Shown piece by piece: positions 48,486 through 60,002 of a DNA stretch of 64,000 bases; the stretch's first letter is position 1; every line of letters starts with the position of its first letter. The stretch comes from an uncultured Gemmatimonadaceae bacterium (GTDB lineage: Bacteria; Gemmatimonadota; Gemmatimonadetes; Longimicrobiales; Gaopeijiaceae), in the NCBI GenBank assembly GCA_964521385.1, contig CAZFRU010000009.1:40254-104253 (forward strand). Direction: 5' to 3'. Under the pieces are notes generated by a model, which was not told the origin of the DNA, did no database searches, and saw only the letters and a program-made list of their open reading frames with translations. The translations under genes and the position numbers were made by a program.

Positions 48486-48516
48486 GGCCCCCCCGGTCGT
48501 GTCGACCGGGAGGGCC
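48486..48516 (-). terminator. Hairpin downstream of the tRNA
   Basis: ggccc(c)cccggtcg-tgt-cgaccggg(a)gggcc; only a weak U-tract. Confidence 0.5.
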
Positions 48517-48520
48517 GCAG

Positions 48521-48594
<74 letters not shown>

Positions 48595-48609
48595 GTACCA
48601 GAGCCGCTA

Positions 48610-48638
48610 AATGTCCATACGGCCCTGGGGTGGGTCAA
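48610..48638 (-). promoter_or_regulatory. Putative sigma70 promoter of tRNA-Arg
   Basis: TTGACC-N17-GACATT, 15 nt upstream of the tRNA. Confidence 0.55.
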
Positions 48639-48705
48639 GGCCGCAACGCGAAACCGCAGCGTCGCAGAAGTCGGTCCGTATCGTGTAGTCGAGATGAGGC
48701 CCTCA

Positions 48706-48736
48706 CGGGGCCACGCGGACATTCCGCGCGGCCCCG
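48706..48736 (-). terminator. Hairpin after the large lipoprotein gene
   Basis: cggggcc-a-cgcgga-cat-tccgcg-c-ggccccg. Confidence 0.45.
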
Positions 48737-48758
48737 CTCGAGCCCCTCCGTCAGTGGA

Positions 48759-51700
48759 TCAAGGGCTGATCAGGTTGACGATCAGCGTCGTCCAGGGTCC
48801 GTATGGCAAGCCCAAGGGCAACACGCCCCCATCGCCGATCCGCATCCGGATCGTCGCCGAACCGACACTCCACGGAGTACCGATCGGGATCGTCGCAATA
48901 TTGGCCGGAAGCCCGTTGGGTCCGCCACTGGTTGAAAGACCCTTGATCGAAAGGGTGTCGGAATTTTGAATCAACTCGATTTCGTACCTGGACGAGTTGG
49001 TGTCCATGCCGTGCGCTTCCACCAGCACCGCCGCCCCGAGTGTCAGGTTGGCCCCCGCCAGAGGGGACGTGATCACCGGTGCTGCCGGCGTTGCCGTGAA
49101 GGTGTACGGGAACGAGGCGCTGGTGCCGAGACTGCTCGTCACCGTGATGTCGACCGGCCCCACGGTCACCCCCGAATCCGGCGACCGTACCACGAAGCGT
49201 GTGCTGCCGCTGCTGTACGTGAACTGCGCGGGGATGGGCGGACCACCCTGCGAAAACTCGACGGTCGCCCCCGCCGGGAAGTCGGTGCCGTTGATCGTGA
49301 TCATCTGCCCGAAGCCACTGGTGCCCGACCCCGGAATCGTACCGGTGATCACGCCCGGCGACTGCATCGTTCCGGCCAACGTCGTGGTCGTGAGCGCAAA
49401 CTGGTTCACGGTGGCCGGCTGCGTCCCGAAGGTGTATCCGGCCAGCGACGCACCCACGGTGTAGCTTCCGGTCGGAATCGCAGTAAAGGTCGCGACCCCG
49501 TTGGCGTTGGTGACCGCCGCGAACGCCGTCGCCTGCAGCGACACGGTCACGCCCGGGATCGCACTCGCCCCGTCCGTCACCGTCACCTCGAGCGAACCCG
49601 AACTCGGCTCGTACTCGATGACCGACGCGATGACGCGTTGGCCGGCATCGTTCGGGATGTCGTTCCAAAGGCTCCCGAAGCCCGAACCTCCGATCTCGCC
49701 GTAGAACTCGACGCCACCATTCCGGTTGGGCTCGTTGGGGGCAAAGTTGCAGAACGACGCCACACAGGTGCCGACGATCTGAGGCGACGTCACGCCGGTC
49801 GCCAGGATCTGGCCGGTGGCCCACTCGTAGGTGCCGTCCGCACCGGCGTCATCAAACCCGATCCACCCGGTGTTGCCCCCCAGGGGCAGGTACGGCGCCA
49901 GGAAGTTCTGCTCGGCCAACGCATCGACCACCAGCAGGTGGCCCGGCATGCCAAGGTAGCTCGAGGCATTGGCCTCGGCATTCGCCGTGGTCCACAGGCT
50001 GTACGGCGCCCGCCTCAGGATCGGCCGGAACTGATACCAATGGTTGTTGCTGCCGGCACCGGTGCTCCACTGCACCGGAGCGTGCACGGTCGAATTGAAC
50101 GGGCTGCTGGCGATGGGCATTCCGTTGACGGTGAGGGCCACCTGGTCCAGCCCCGGCGTACCGGGCGTGTACTCGACCAGATAGCTCCCGTCTCCGTTGT
50201 CAGTCACCGTCCCGGAAGCAGTGTTGGCCCCCGAAACCGAGGCCTGCACGTTGTCGCCGCCGACCGTGAGCGGGTTCTGGAAGCCGTCGGAGAGCGTGAC
50301 CCACATGTAGGTCGGAAAACCGGGCGCCCCACCCGGCACCGTCGCCGCACTGCTGGCGCCATCGGCCACACCCGGGCCTGCCAGCGGTGTGACCGTCACC
50401 GAATACGGGCTGCCGCCGATCGGCGCCGGCACGATCACATCCTGCCGATCGAGAATGATGCTGATCTGGTCGACTCCCGCCGCCGCCGCGTTGTAGCTCG
50501 CAGCGTAGGTACCGTCGAGGTTGTCGATCACTGCCACGGTGGCCCCCGCGTTGGGGCCCGACGCGACCTGGACATCGAGCACGTCACCCCCGAACAGGAA
50601 GTCATCGCCCAGCGCGGTCCGGGTCTGGATCAAGATGTTGACCGGCTGTCCCTGCACCACCGTCGGAGGCACCACGGCCGAGCTCTGCGCCGCATTGGCC
50701 CCGAGCGCCGCTCCGAAGGTGCTGAACGCGACCTCGTTCAGGCTCACGTCGCGACGAATGACGGTGTTGAGTCCGCCGTGGAGCCGCCGTGCCGTCAGGG
50801 GCTGTGGACCCACCAGACCCAGGAGCTTCTGCGCTCCCTTCCTCATGAGGCTCGCAAAGCCACTGACACCCCCAGGACCCCCACCGTGGTTGTCACACTC
50901 GGGGGCACCGAAGGTGCTGACGAGGCGCCGTGTCGTGCCGTTGTCGCCCACCTTGTAGAGCACCAGCTGCGGATGCAGCGCCTCCGTGACGTTCTTCGCC
51001 ACCAGCGCCGGGGTGTCCTGACAGATCACGACACTGACCCCCGGACCGTTGGGATCGATGTAGACATCTTCCGGAAAGGTGTTGACCTCGACGAAGAACG
51101 GCAGCTCGAGCGGATCGGGGAACACGTCGTCGCTCGGCGGCGTGATCTCGAGCTCCGCCGTCAGGATCACATCTGGAATCGGATTGCCGTTGATGTCGGT
51201 GAAGACGCCGTCGGGGGCGGTGATCACCCCGGCGATCACGGACTGCCCGCCGATCGTGCCCGTCACCTGCACCTGCGTGGGCTGTCCGTCACCCGGCCGT
51301 TCCACCCCGACGTCGCAGTCCTGGATATCTCCGTCCCCGTCGAAGTCGCAGAGCTGACCCTCGAGCGCGCCCTCCTCGACCCGGAACCCGATCTGGAAGT
51401 TGCCGCGGTCGGAGATGGGCACGAGTTCGTTGGTGATGTGCCGAATGAACGCACGCAGGAAGGGGTTGCGAATGGCGATGATATCGGCGTGACCGAGCTC
51501 CTGCGTGCCGACCAGCACCCGGATCCGGTAGATCCCGCCGCGATCCGGACGATTATCGTTCATGCGCCATTTCACCGAGTACTCATCGCGATGGTCGACC
51601 TTGATCCGATCGCGGTTGGCGCCCTGGTCGCGGTAGAAGGTGGCCAGCAGTGGCGCGTTGGTGCAGGTATCACCAAAGGTCACGCGCTCGCAGATCTCGA

Positions 51701-51929
51701 CTCGGGGATACAGGTCGGGGTCGGCCACGCCGCCGGGGTTTCCGGGATCGCTGATCGGGTCGAGCCAGAAGAAATGCTGATTACCGCCCGTGAGGGCGTC
51801 GACGATGCTGAGCGTGGGCTCGAGCAGCTCACGCGGAATGTCTTCGGTGGAGTTCTGGGTGGGTTGATCCGAGCAAGCCGCGAGGGCAAGCGTACAGGCG
51901 GACAACATCCATAGAATACGACGGGTCAT
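48759..51929 (-). CDS. Large surface lipoprotein with filamin/invasin Ig repeats, C-type lectin-like, carboxypeptidase-regulatory-like and IPT/TIG domains
   Basis: Lipobox [15 protein letters not shown] and [11 protein letters not shown] (filamin-like); NNHWYQ..GHL..EQNFL..WIG..DG.YEW..EPN..WND (C-type lectin); [17 protein letters not shown]. Confidence 0.82.
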   Translation of the reverse strand: MTRRILWMLSACTLALAACSDQPTQNSTEDIPRELLEPTLSIVDALTGGNQHFFWLDPISDPGNPGGVADPDLYPRVEICERVTFGDTCTNAPLLATFYRDQGANRDRIKVDHRDEYSVKWRMNDNRPDRGGIYRIRVLVGTQELGHADIIAIRNPFLRAFIRHITNELVPISDRGNFQIGFRVEEGALEGQLCDFDGDGDIQDCDVGVERPGDGQPTQVQVTGTIGGQSVIAGVITAPDGVFTDINGNPIPDVILTAELEITPPSDDVFPDPLELPFFVEVNTFPEDVYIDPNGPGVSVVICQDTPALVAKNVTEALHPQLVLYKVGDNGTTRRLVSTFGAPECDNHGGGPGGVSGFASLMRKGAQKLLGLVGPQPLTARRLHGGLNTVIRRDVSLNEVAFSTFGAALGANAAQSSAVVPPTVVQGQPVNILIQTRTALGDDFLFGGDVLDVQVASGPNAGATVAVIDNLDGTYAASYNAAAAGVDQISIILDRQDVIVPAPIGGSPYSVTVTPLAGPGVADGASSAATVPGGAPGFPTYMWVTLSDGFQNPLTVGGDNVQASVSGANTASGTVTDNGDGSYLVEYTPGTPGLDQVALTVNGMPIASSPFNSTVHAPVQWSTGAGSNNHWYQFRPILRRAPYSLWTTANAEANASSYLGMPGHLLVVDALAEQNFLAPYLPLGGNTGWIGFDDAGADGTYEWATGQILATGVTSPQIVGTCVASFCNFAPNEPNRNGGVEFYGEIGGSGFGSLWNDIPNDAGQRVIASVIEYEPSSGSLEVTVTDGASAIPGVTVSLQATAFAAVTNANGVATFTAIPTGSYTVGASLAGYTFGTQPATVNQFALTTTTLAGTMQSPGVITGTIPGSGTSGFGQMITINGTDFPAGATVEFSQGGPPIPAQFTYSSGSTRFVVRSPDSGVTVGPVDITVTSSLGTSASFPYTFTATPAAPVITSPLAGANLTLGAAVLVEAHGMDTNSSRYEIELIQNSDTLSIKGLSTSGGPNGLPANIATIPIGTPWSVGSATIRMRIGDGGVLPLGLPYGPWTTLIVNLISP

Positions 51930-52039
51930 GGGGGGGGCCTGGAGTGGGAGGGGAGGGGAACAGCTTTCCACCATAACTCATCAGGCGGCCCCCGCGCCAA
52001 TGCTCTCATTCCCCTACCGTCACGGCCGGGCGGAGGAGT

Positions 52040-53899
52040 TCAGCGCCCGATGAGCCTCTTGAACTCCGGGTCGTCCTGCAACGTTCGCCACCACCAATGC
52101 GAACTCCACCGCCATCCTTCACGGTGCTCAGGACTCGCCGTCAGGTAGACCTTCAGCCGGTCGAGCGCTGCGTCCGGATCGTCGAGCGCGAGGTACCCCA
52201 GAGCCTCGACCCCCAGCAGTTCACGCTCCGGATCGAGGGCCGGAGTTGCGTCGGCCGAGGCGGCGGCGAGTACGGCCCGGGCACTGTCGGGCATCTCGGC
52301 ACGGGCGAGCACGGCGCCCATCACCAACCGGTCCTGAACCGCAGCCCTCGCCCGCTCCGTCTCGGGCAACAGGGCGAGGTGTTCGTCGACGATCCGCCAC
52401 CCCTCGTCGACATCGGCCGAGAGGCCGCGCGGCGCGGCCATCAGCCACAGGCGGCACTCCGTGAACTCGGGCGTATCGGGAAACCGCTCCTTGCCCTGGT
52501 CGCAGTACTGGATCGCCTCTCTGAACTGCTCGAGATCGTACGAGGTGGCGTAGAGGCGTCGGAGCACGCCGTCGGCCGACCGCAGAAACTCGTCCGCCTC
52601 GAGCGCGCGGCGCGCTGCCAGATTGGCCTCGACCAGGTCGGGGATCTGCGAGTAGAGTATGCTCAGGGTGTTGAAGCCGGCCGCCAGCGTCGGGTCGAGA
52701 TCGGTGGCCTCCTCCAGGCTGGCTCGCGCACGGGCGAAGCGCTCGTCGGCCTCGGTCGCAGAAGAGGAGAGCCCCATTGCCCAGACCAGATAGTCGACGG
52801 TACCCTGGACATACAGAGCGTGCGCGCTGCGGGGGTCCTTGACGAGCGCCTCACCCGCACGCTCATGCGCCAGGTCCAGATACTCGCGGGCCTCGCCCGG
52901 ATCGTCGCCTGCCGACAGCTCTCCCCATCGGCTGGCGACGATGGCCCGACGTACCGTCGGATCCGCCCACTCCGGGTCGGCGGATTCAGCCGCAGCGTAG
53001 AGCGAATCGGCACGCTGGATGTCGGCCACGAACCCGGTGACATCGTCGTCCTGCAGTCGCTCCTCGGCCTCTCGCCGCGCCCGGTCTCCCCGCTCCAGAT
53101 CGGTCCAGGCCACCACGTTGTCGGTGCCTCGCCGGGCTCGCCGCAGGTTGATCTCCGAACCCAGCCAGACCCGCAGCAGGTCGGACACCTCGTTGGCGAC
53201 ATCTTCCTGCAGCGCGAAGAGGTCGGCGGCCGGGCGGTCCAGAGTCGTCCGGTTGATCTCGGCGCCGCTCTCGCCGTCGAAGAGAGCCACCTGGACGCGG
53301 ATCTGCTCGCCGCGAGGCTCGACCGACCCCTCGAGCAGCGTTCCGGCGGAGAGCAAGGTGGCGATGCTGTCGCGCGGGAGCGTGCTGCCACGAAACTGTT
53401 CGGAGCCACTGAGCGAGATGGGATCGAGGGCCCCACTACCGCCCTCCATGCGCTCGATCAGCGTCTCGGTGACTCCGTCGGCCAGATAGCCCAACTCACC
53501 GTCACGGGACAGATCCTGAAAATAGAGCACGGCCACGCGATCGAGGTTGAGCGACCCCGAGGTACCGGTCATTCCCGCCAGCTGCGCCTCGTTGTAGCTG
53601 CGCACGGTCTGAACGGAAAAGAAGAGGGTGGCTCCGGCCACCAGGACGAGAAGAGCGATCTCGCCACGACTGGCCTTCTGGTCACCTTTCTCTCCATGAA
53701 ACCAGCCGGCGATCACCGCTACCGCCAGCCCTCCCAGGTACACCACCAGGCCCACCCGGTAGATGATATCGGGCAGGATGTCGCGTTCGATCAGGGCCCC
53801 GGCCACCTCGAGGGCCACCCATCCCGACACCGCATACGACGCCACGATCTGAACGATACGGCGCTGTTTCAGCTCCTTGAGGAATAGAGAACCGAGCAC
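52040..53899 (-). CDS. Membrane-anchored TolB_N-like/TPR protein (paralog of 1044-2801)
   Basis: ELKQRRIVQ..Y.V..W; three TM helices; VAVLYFQDLS..YLADGVTETL; TPR-like helices. Confidence 0.82.
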   Translation of the reverse strand: MLGSLFLKELKQRRIVQIVASYAVSGWVALEVAGALIERDILPDIIYRVGLVVYLGGLAVAVIAGWFHGEKGDQKASRGEIALLVLVAGATLFFSVQTVRSYNEAQLAGMTGTSGSLNLDRVAVLYFQDLSRDGELGYLADGVTETLIERMEGGSGALDPISLSGSEQFRGSTLPRDSIATLLSAGTLLEGSVEPRGEQIRVQVALFDGESGAEINRTTLDRPAADLFALQEDVANEVSDLLRVWLGSEINLRRARRGTDNVVAWTDLERGDRARREAEERLQDDDVTGFVADIQRADSLYAAAESADPEWADPTVRRAIVASRWGELSAGDDPGEAREYLDLAHERAGEALVKDPRSAHALYVQGTVDYLVWAMGLSSSATEADERFARARASLEEATDLDPTLAAGFNTLSILYSQIPDLVEANLAARRALEADEFLRSADGVLRRLYATSYDLEQFREAIQYCDQGKERFPDTPEFTECRLWLMAAPRGLSADVDEGWRIVDEHLALLPETERARAAVQDRLVMGAVLARAEMPDSARAVLAAASADATPALDPERELLGVEALGYLALDDPDAALDRLKVYLTASPEHREGWRWSSHWWWRTLQDDPEFKRLIGR

Positions 53900-54062
53900 G
53901 AGACAACCTGGAACGGGGGGGAGGGATCACGGGCGAAGGGTCGCTCGGTCCGAGCCGGGTTGTCAAATGGCAACCTGCTTGCACGCAGCCCCCGCATGGC
54001 AAACATTGGTCCCGCTCCGCTCACCTGGCACACGGGCGGAGACCCTCCCAGCAGGAGTTGCC

Positions 54063-56942
54063 ATGAAGTCGGGTACCCCCGATCGCGGGCGAGGTCCGCT
54101 CGTGCGCCGTCAGGCCGCGCTCATCCGCCTGAGTCACGAGATTTCGGCGGCTCACGACGAGACCGACATATGTCGAAGGGTCGCCGAGGGCCTCCACGAC
54201 CAGTCCCTCGGCTTCGAGTTCCTGGGGATCTTCATCATCGATCCCGAGACCGGCGATCGCGTGTTGACCCACTCGTTCGGCTGGCCCCACGCGCCACCGG
54301 GCTTGCGCCTGCCACCCGGAACGGGGCTGAACGAACGCGCCCTCGACGGGCGCCTGCACTACAGCCCCAGGGTCGCCGACGAGCCCTCGTACGTCACCAC
54401 GCTCGGCACCGGTGCCGAGGCCGACGTGCCGCTTCGTTCGGGCGACGAGGTGATCGGCGTCCTCACCGTCGAGAGCGCGCAGGAGGACGCCTTCAACGAC
54501 GAAGACTTCGAGATTCTCGAGGCAGCCGCCAACCAGGCGGGGATCGCCATCGCCCGTGCGCGGCTCCTGGCAGCCGAGCGCCGCAGGACCGACGAGCGCG
54601 ACGCCCTGCTCGCCACCATCGCCGACCTCTCCGCCCAGCTCGATCCGCGTGATCTGCTCGACTCGGTGCTCGGGCGGGCGGTCAAGCTCCTGGGTGCGGT
54701 CGGCGGCGAGCTCGCGACCTATGACGAATCGCGCAAGCGGCTCACGGTGGTGTCGAATCACGCCATGACCGAGGACTCGCGCGGTGCGGAACTCGCCTAC
54801 GGTGAAGGCGCCATGGGCCACGTCGTGAAGACGCGTGAGACCATGATCATCGACGACTACCAGAGCTGGGAGGGACGCTCCGAGCAATACACCCAGATCA
54901 ACGCCCGGGGGGTGGTCGTGGCACCACTCCTCATGGGACACCTGCCGGTCGGTGCGATCAACGTCTGGCACGAAGACCCCGAGGGCCGTTTCACCGAAGA
55001 CGATCTCGCCCTGCTCAACCTCTTCGGCCAACAGGCTGCCATCGCGATCCAGAATGCGCGGCTCTTTCAGGAAGCGCGCAGTCAGAAGGAGTATTTCCAG
55101 TCGGTGATGCGCAACAGCCCCGTAGCGATCGTGACCCTCGATCCACAGGAGAACATCGTGTCGGTCAATCCTGCCTTCACCAAGCTGTTCGGCTACCCGG
55201 CCGACGAGGTGATCGGCGAGAACCTCGACACCCTGGTCACGACCGAGGACCAACGCGCCGAAGCCATCGCCTATACGAGGCAGGCCCGTCACCGCGCCAC
55301 CCACGGAATCGCCAAGCGCACCCGCAAAGACGGCTCCACCGTCGACGTGGAGATCCTGGCCGTGAAGGTCGAGGTCGAGGGTGAGGCCGTGGGAATGATG
55401 GCCCTCTACCACGACGTGTCCGATCTGCTCCAGGCGAGACGCGAGGCCGAAGAGGCCAACCAGACCAAGTCGCAGTTCCTGGCCAACATGAGCCACGAAC
55501 TACGAACACCCCTCAATGCGATTCTCGGGTACAGCGAGATGCTGCAGGAGGAGGCCCAAGACGACGGCAACGACGACTACGTGCCCGACCTGGAGAAGAT
55601 CCACTCTGCCGGCAAGCACCTGCTCGCGCTCATCAACGACGTACTCGACCTCTCGAAGATCGAGGCAGGCAAGATGGAGCTCTTTCTCGAGGACTTCGAC
55701 GTCGCGAGCCTCGTCGAGGAGGTTGCCACCACGGTCCAACCACTGGTGGCGAAGAACGGCAACCGCCTCGAGGTCCGCTGCACCGACGATGTCGATGTCA
55801 TGCACGCCGACCAGACCCGTATGCGGCAGTCGCTCCTCAACCTGCTGTCCAACGCGAGCAAGTTCACCGAGCACGGCACGATTTCGGTCACCGTCTCACC
55901 CGAGCCCGGCTCGGCTGGAGCGATCCTCCTCTTCGAGGTCCGGGACACCGGAATCGGCATGACCGACGAGCAGCTCTCTCGGCTCTTCCAGGCCTTCACC
56001 CAGGCCGACGCTTCGACCTCACGCCGGTTCGGCGGTACCGGGCTCGGGCTCACGATCACCCGCATGTTCTGTCGCATGATGGGTGGCGACGTCACGGTGA
56101 CGAGTGTCGAGGGTGAGGGCTCGACCTTCACGATCCGTTTGCCGCGCCGGGTCCAGGAGCCGGGGGTGGCCGAGGCTCAGATCGGAGATGGAGCGGGTCC
56201 GCTCGTGCTCGTCGTCGACGACGACGGCGCGTCGCGCGATCTCGTGCGACGCTACCTCGAACGCGACGGCTACCGGGTCGCCACCGCCTCGGACGGCGAG
56301 ACCGGACTTCGCATGGCCGAAGAACTCCGCCCGGCCGCGATCACACTCGACGTCATGATGCCCGGCGTCGACGGATGGTCGGTCCTCGCCACCCTCAAGG
56401 CCGATCCCGCGCTGGCGTCGATTCCGGTCATCATGCTGAGCATCCTCGACGAGAAGCCGCTCGGGCTCTCGCTCGGCGCCTCCGGCTACCTGACCAAGCC
56501 GGTGGAGAGGAGCCGACTCGTCGGTGTGGTCGAGCACCTTGCGAGGGACGCGGGCACACGGGTCCTGGTGGTGGAAGACGACGAAGATACCCGCGACGTG
56601 GTCCGTCGGACCCTCGAACAGGTGGGCTGTCAGGTGACCGAGGCCGAAAACGGTCTCATCGGACTCGAGCGACTGGACGAGGTGAGGCCGGAGCTGATCC
56701 TCCTGGATCTGATGATGCCCGAACTCGACGGTTTCGGCTTTCTCGAAGAACTCCGGGCCCGTCCCGGCGGCGACGAGATTCCGGTGGTGGTCATCACGGC
56801 AAAGGACCTCACCGATGACGAGCGGATGAGATTGAACGGGGGTGTCGCGCGCGTGCTGCGGAAGGACTCGTCGCTCCGGGCCGAGATTCTGACCGGGGTG
56901 CGCCAGGCCATCGGACTCGATCCACCCGAGGTGCCCGCGTGA
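54063..56942 (+). CDS. Hybrid histidine kinase GAF-GAF-PAS-HisKA-HATPase-REC-REC
   Basis: [32 protein letters not shown]; two receivers (LDVMMP, LDLMMP); no TM helices. Confidence 0.93.
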   Translation: MKSGTPDRGRGPLVRRQAALIRLSHEISAAHDETDICRRVAEGLHDQSLGFEFLGIFIIDPETGDRVLTHSFGWPHAPPGLRLPPGTGLNERALDGRLHYSPRVADEPSYVTTLGTGAEADVPLRSGDEVIGVLTVESAQEDAFNDEDFEILEAAANQAGIAIARARLLAAERRRTDERDALLATIADLSAQLDPRDLLDSVLGRAVKLLGAVGGELATYDESRKRLTVVSNHAMTEDSRGAELAYGEGAMGHVVKTRETMIIDDYQSWEGRSEQYTQINARGVVVAPLLMGHLPVGAINVWHEDPEGRFTEDDLALLNLFGQQAAIAIQNARLFQEARSQKEYFQSVMRNSPVAIVTLDPQENIVSVNPAFTKLFGYPADEVIGENLDTLVTTEDQRAEAIAYTRQARHRATHGIAKRTRKDGSTVDVEILAVKVEVEGEAVGMMALYHDVSDLLQARREAEEANQTKSQFLANMSHELRTPLNAILGYSEMLQEEAQDDGNDDYVPDLEKIHSAGKHLLALINDVLDLSKIEAGKMELFLEDFDVASLVEEVATTVQPLVAKNGNRLEVRCTDDVDVMHADQTRMRQSLLNLLSNASKFTEHGTISVTVSPEPGSAGAILLFEVRDTGIGMTDEQLSRLFQAFTQADASTSRRFGGTGLGLTITRMFCRMMGGDVTVTSVEGEGSTFTIRLPRRVQEPGVAEAQIGDGAGPLVLVVDDDGASRDLVRRYLERDGYRVATASDGETGLRMAEELRPAAITLDVMMPGVDGWSVLATLKADPALASIPVIMLSILDEKPLGLSLGASGYLTKPVERSRLVGVVEHLARDAGTRVLVVEDDEDTRDVVRRTLEQVGCQVTEAENGLIGLERLDEVRPELILLDLMMPELDGFGFLEELRARPGGDEIPVVVITAKDLTDDERMRLNGGVARVLRKDSSLRAEILTGVRQAIGLDPPEVPA

Positions 56943-59557
56943 GCTCCCACCCCCTGCGCGCATCACCGGAGGCCCCTCGCCAGGCTGCCCTGCTCCGACT
57001 CGCCACGGGCATCGCGGCAGCCCACGGCGAGGAGGCGGTGTGCAGGAGCGTGGTCGACGGGCTACGGGATCCCGCGGTCGGTTACGACTTCGTGGGTGTC
57101 TTTCTGCTGGACGGGGAAACCGGTGACCGCGTGCTGCGGGCGAGTGTCGGATGGGATAGCAAGCCCGAGGGGTTCCGCTTGCCGCCCGGGCAGGGATTGA
57201 GCGAGCGACCGATCCTCGACGGTCGGCTCCACTACTCGCCGGCTCCCTCGAGCGAGGCCCACTACGTGCACGGTGCCACCGACGGCTCCGAGGTCGACCT
57301 GCCGATCGAGGTGGACGGGCGCGTGGTCGGGGTGCTCGTGGTGGAGAGCGCGGAGCAGAACGCCTTCGTGGACGACGACTTCCGCATTCTGACCGCAGCC
57401 TCCCAGCAGGCGGGGATCGCCATCGGACGAGCGCGACTGCTCGAGGCCGAACGCAAGCGCACGCGTGAACAGAGAGCTCTCCTCGACACCGTGCAGGATC
57501 TCTCGAGCGAACTGGAACTCGGTCGACTCCTCCAGCGCGTGGTGCAGCGCGCGGTGGCGCTCCTGGACGCGACCGGTGGAGAGCTGGCGATCCTCGACGA
57601 AGAGGTCGGCGAGCTCGAGATCGTCGCCAGCCACGACATCGGCAGCGACTCGATCGGCACGCGCATGGCGCTCGGTGAAGGGGCGATGGGGATGGTGGCA
57701 CAGACCCGGCAGGCACTCACCATCCCCAACTACCAGGAGTGGGAGGCACGCTCGCCGAAGTACGACGACACCACGGCTCGCAGCGTGGCGGTGGTTCCCC
57801 TGATGATCGGTGCCCGTTTGGTGGGCACGCTCGCCGCGGTCCACACGGCTGGGGATCGCAGCTTCGGTTCCGAGGATCTGCGCCTGCTGAACCTATTCGC
57901 GCCCCAGGCGGCGATCGCCATCGAGAACGCTCGCCTGTACACCGCCGAGTATCAGCGTGCCGAAGAGCAGAAGGCGCTTCTCGAGACGATGCAGGACCTC
58001 TCTTCCGAACTGGAGTTGGGCAAGCTGTTGCAATCCGTGCTCGAGCGCGCCGTGACGCTGCTCCAGGCGACCGGAGGCGAGCTCGCCATCTTCGACCCGG
58101 CATGCGACGAACTCGAGATCGTGGCGAGCCACAACATCGGCAGCAACGCGATCGGCACGCGGATGTGCCTCGGGGAGGGCGCCATGGGCATGGTGGCGCA
58201 GACCGGCGAGCCGTTGATCATTCCCAACTATCAGGAGTGGGAGCATCGCTCCAGCAAGTACGACGACACCACCGCCCGAGGCGTGGCCGTCGTGCCCCTG
58301 ATGATCGGCACCCGACTGCTCGGTACCCTGGCCAGCGTGCACACGGACGGCGAGCGGGCCTTCGGACCCGAAGACCTGCGACTGCTCAATCTCTTCGCGC
58401 CTCAGGCGGCGATCGCCATCGAAAACGCCCGCCTCTACACCGAGGCCCAGCGGCAGCGGCAGTTCTTCGAGATTCTGGTCTCGAACAGCCCGGTGGCCAT
58501 CGTCGTGCTGACCCTCGACGGGCGCATCGTCTCGCTCAACCCGGCCTTCGAACGCCTCTTCGGATGGTCGCCCGACGAGGCCGTGGGCGAGGTCCTCGAC
58601 GACTTCCTGAACACGCCCGAGACGATGGCCGAGGCGCTTGGGTACACCGACGCCGCGGCCGAAGGCAAGACGCTCCACGCCATCGGGCGACGCCGCCGCA
58701 AGGACGGCACCTTCATCCACGTCGAGCTCGCCGCCTGCAGTGTTCAGGTCGAGGGCGAGAAGGCGGGCATTCTCGCGCTCTACCACGACGTTTCCGAGCT
58801 GCTCGCCGCTCGCCGCGACGCAGAGACCGCGAATCGAGCCAAGAGCCAGTTCCTGGCCAACATGAGCCACGAGCTGCGGACGCCCCTCAACGCCATCATC
58901 GGCTACAGCGAGATGTTGGCTGAAGAAGCCGAAGAGATGGGGCAGGACGACTTCATTCCCGACCTGCAGAAGGTGCAGGGGGCCGGTCGCCATCTACTCG
59001 CCCTGATCAACGACATCCTCGATCTCTCCAAGATCGAGGCCGGAAAGATGGAGCTCTTCGTCGAGGAGGTAGACCCACACGCCCTCGTCCATGAGGTCGC
59101 GGCCACCGTCGAGCCCCTGGTCCAGAAGAACGGCAACACACTGAAGGTGGAATGCCCCGGGTCGCTGCCGACCATGCACACCGATTCGATGAAGCTGCGC
59201 CAGATCCTGCTCAACCTCCTCTCGAATGCGAGCAAGTTCACCGAGCAGGGTCGGATCCGGCTCACCGTCCGAGCTCATGCCCATGATGATGCGGGCCCCT
59301 GGATCGAGGCTTCGGTAGAGGATTCCGGAGTCGGCATGACCGACGCGCAGCTCGAACGGATCTTCGAGGCCTTCGGTCAGGCCGACGCGTCGACCACCAA
59401 GCGCTATGGTGGCACCGGCCTCGGGCTCGTGATCAGTCGGCGTTTCGCCAACCTGATGGGGGGCGAAATCTTCGTCGACAGTACCCCGGGTGAGGGATCG
59501 ACCTTCACCCTGCGAATCCCCTGCGACACCATGCCCTCGACCCAGCCACCGCAGTGA
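56939..59557 (+). CDS. Histidine kinase GAF-GAF-GAF-PAS-HisKA-HATPase
   Basis: Same H/N/G boxes as the upstream paralog; GTGA overlap; duplicated GAF. Confidence 0.93.
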   Translation: MSSHPLRASPEAPRQAALLRLATGIAAAHGEEAVCRSVVDGLRDPAVGYDFVGVFLLDGETGDRVLRASVGWDSKPEGFRLPPGQGLSERPILDGRLHYSPAPSSEAHYVHGATDGSEVDLPIEVDGRVVGVLVVESAEQNAFVDDDFRILTAASQQAGIAIGRARLLEAERKRTREQRALLDTVQDLSSELELGRLLQRVVQRAVALLDATGGELAILDEEVGELEIVASHDIGSDSIGTRMALGEGAMGMVAQTRQALTIPNYQEWEARSPKYDDTTARSVAVVPLMIGARLVGTLAAVHTAGDRSFGSEDLRLLNLFAPQAAIAIENARLYTAEYQRAEEQKALLETMQDLSSELELGKLLQSVLERAVTLLQATGGELAIFDPACDELEIVASHNIGSNAIGTRMCLGEGAMGMVAQTGEPLIIPNYQEWEHRSSKYDDTTARGVAVVPLMIGTRLLGTLASVHTDGERAFGPEDLRLLNLFAPQAAIAIENARLYTEAQRQRQFFEILVSNSPVAIVVLTLDGRIVSLNPAFERLFGWSPDEAVGEVLDDFLNTPETMAEALGYTDAAAEGKTLHAIGRRRRKDGTFIHVELAACSVQVEGEKAGILALYHDVSELLAARRDAETANRAKSQFLANMSHELRTPLNAIIGYSEMLAEEAEEMGQDDFIPDLQKVQGAGRHLLALINDILDLSKIEAGKMELFVEEVDPHALVHEVAATVEPLVQKNGNTLKVECPGSLPTMHTDSMKLRQILLNLLSNASKFTEQGRIRLTVRAHAHDDAGPWIEASVEDSGVGMTDAQLERIFEAFGQADASTTKRYGGTGLGLVISRRFANLMGGEIFVDSTPGEGSTFTLRIPCDTMPSTQPPQ
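57467..58462 (+). repeat. 498-bp internal tandem duplication (GAF2/GAF3)
   Basis: Closely similar units [54 protein letters not shown] starting at 57467 and 57965. Confidence 0.9.
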
Positions 59558-59585
59558 GCGGCGGCGCAATCCCAAGGATGACCCC

Positions 59586-59957
59586 GTGACGAAGATCCTC
59601 CTCGTGGAAGACGACGAGATGAACCGCGACATGCTTTCCCGTCGCCTGCTGAAGCGTGGCTACGAGGTGACGATCGCCGTCGACGGCGAGGAGGGCGTGA
59701 ACATGGCCCGTACCGGCGACCCCGACATCATTCTCATGGACATGAGCCTGCCGGTGATGGACGGGTGGACGGCGACCCGGGCGCTCAAGGGCGACGGCGC
59801 CACGGCCCGGATTCCGGTGATCGCTCTCACGGCGCACGCCATGGCGGGGGATCAGGAAAAGGCGCTGGCGGCGGGGTGCGACGATTTCGACACCAAGCCG
59901 GTCGATCTCAAGCGGCTGCTCGGCAAGATCGAGGGGCTCATCGGGCAAGGACCGTAG
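59586..59957 (+). CDS. Single-domain response regulator (DivK/CheY-like)
   Basis: ILLVEDD, ILMDMSLP, ALTAHA, TKP. Confidence 0.93.
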   Translation: MTKILLVEDDEMNRDMLSRRLLKRGYEVTIAVDGEEGVNMARTGDPDIILMDMSLPVMDGWTATRALKGDGATARIPVIALTAHAMAGDQEKALAAGCDDFDTKPVDLKRLLGKIEGLIGQGP

Positions 59958-60002
59958 CGCTCGGGGAGGCCGCAACGCTCGGAGAGACCCGTGCCCGGTG
60001 GC

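Noticed and set aside
48966..51914. 982-aa plus-strand ORF (and similar long ORFs such as 42431-45208, 52097-53887, 29585-31330, 12336-13985)
   Set aside because: Antisense shadows of real genes caused by high-GC codon bias; no recognisable motifs.
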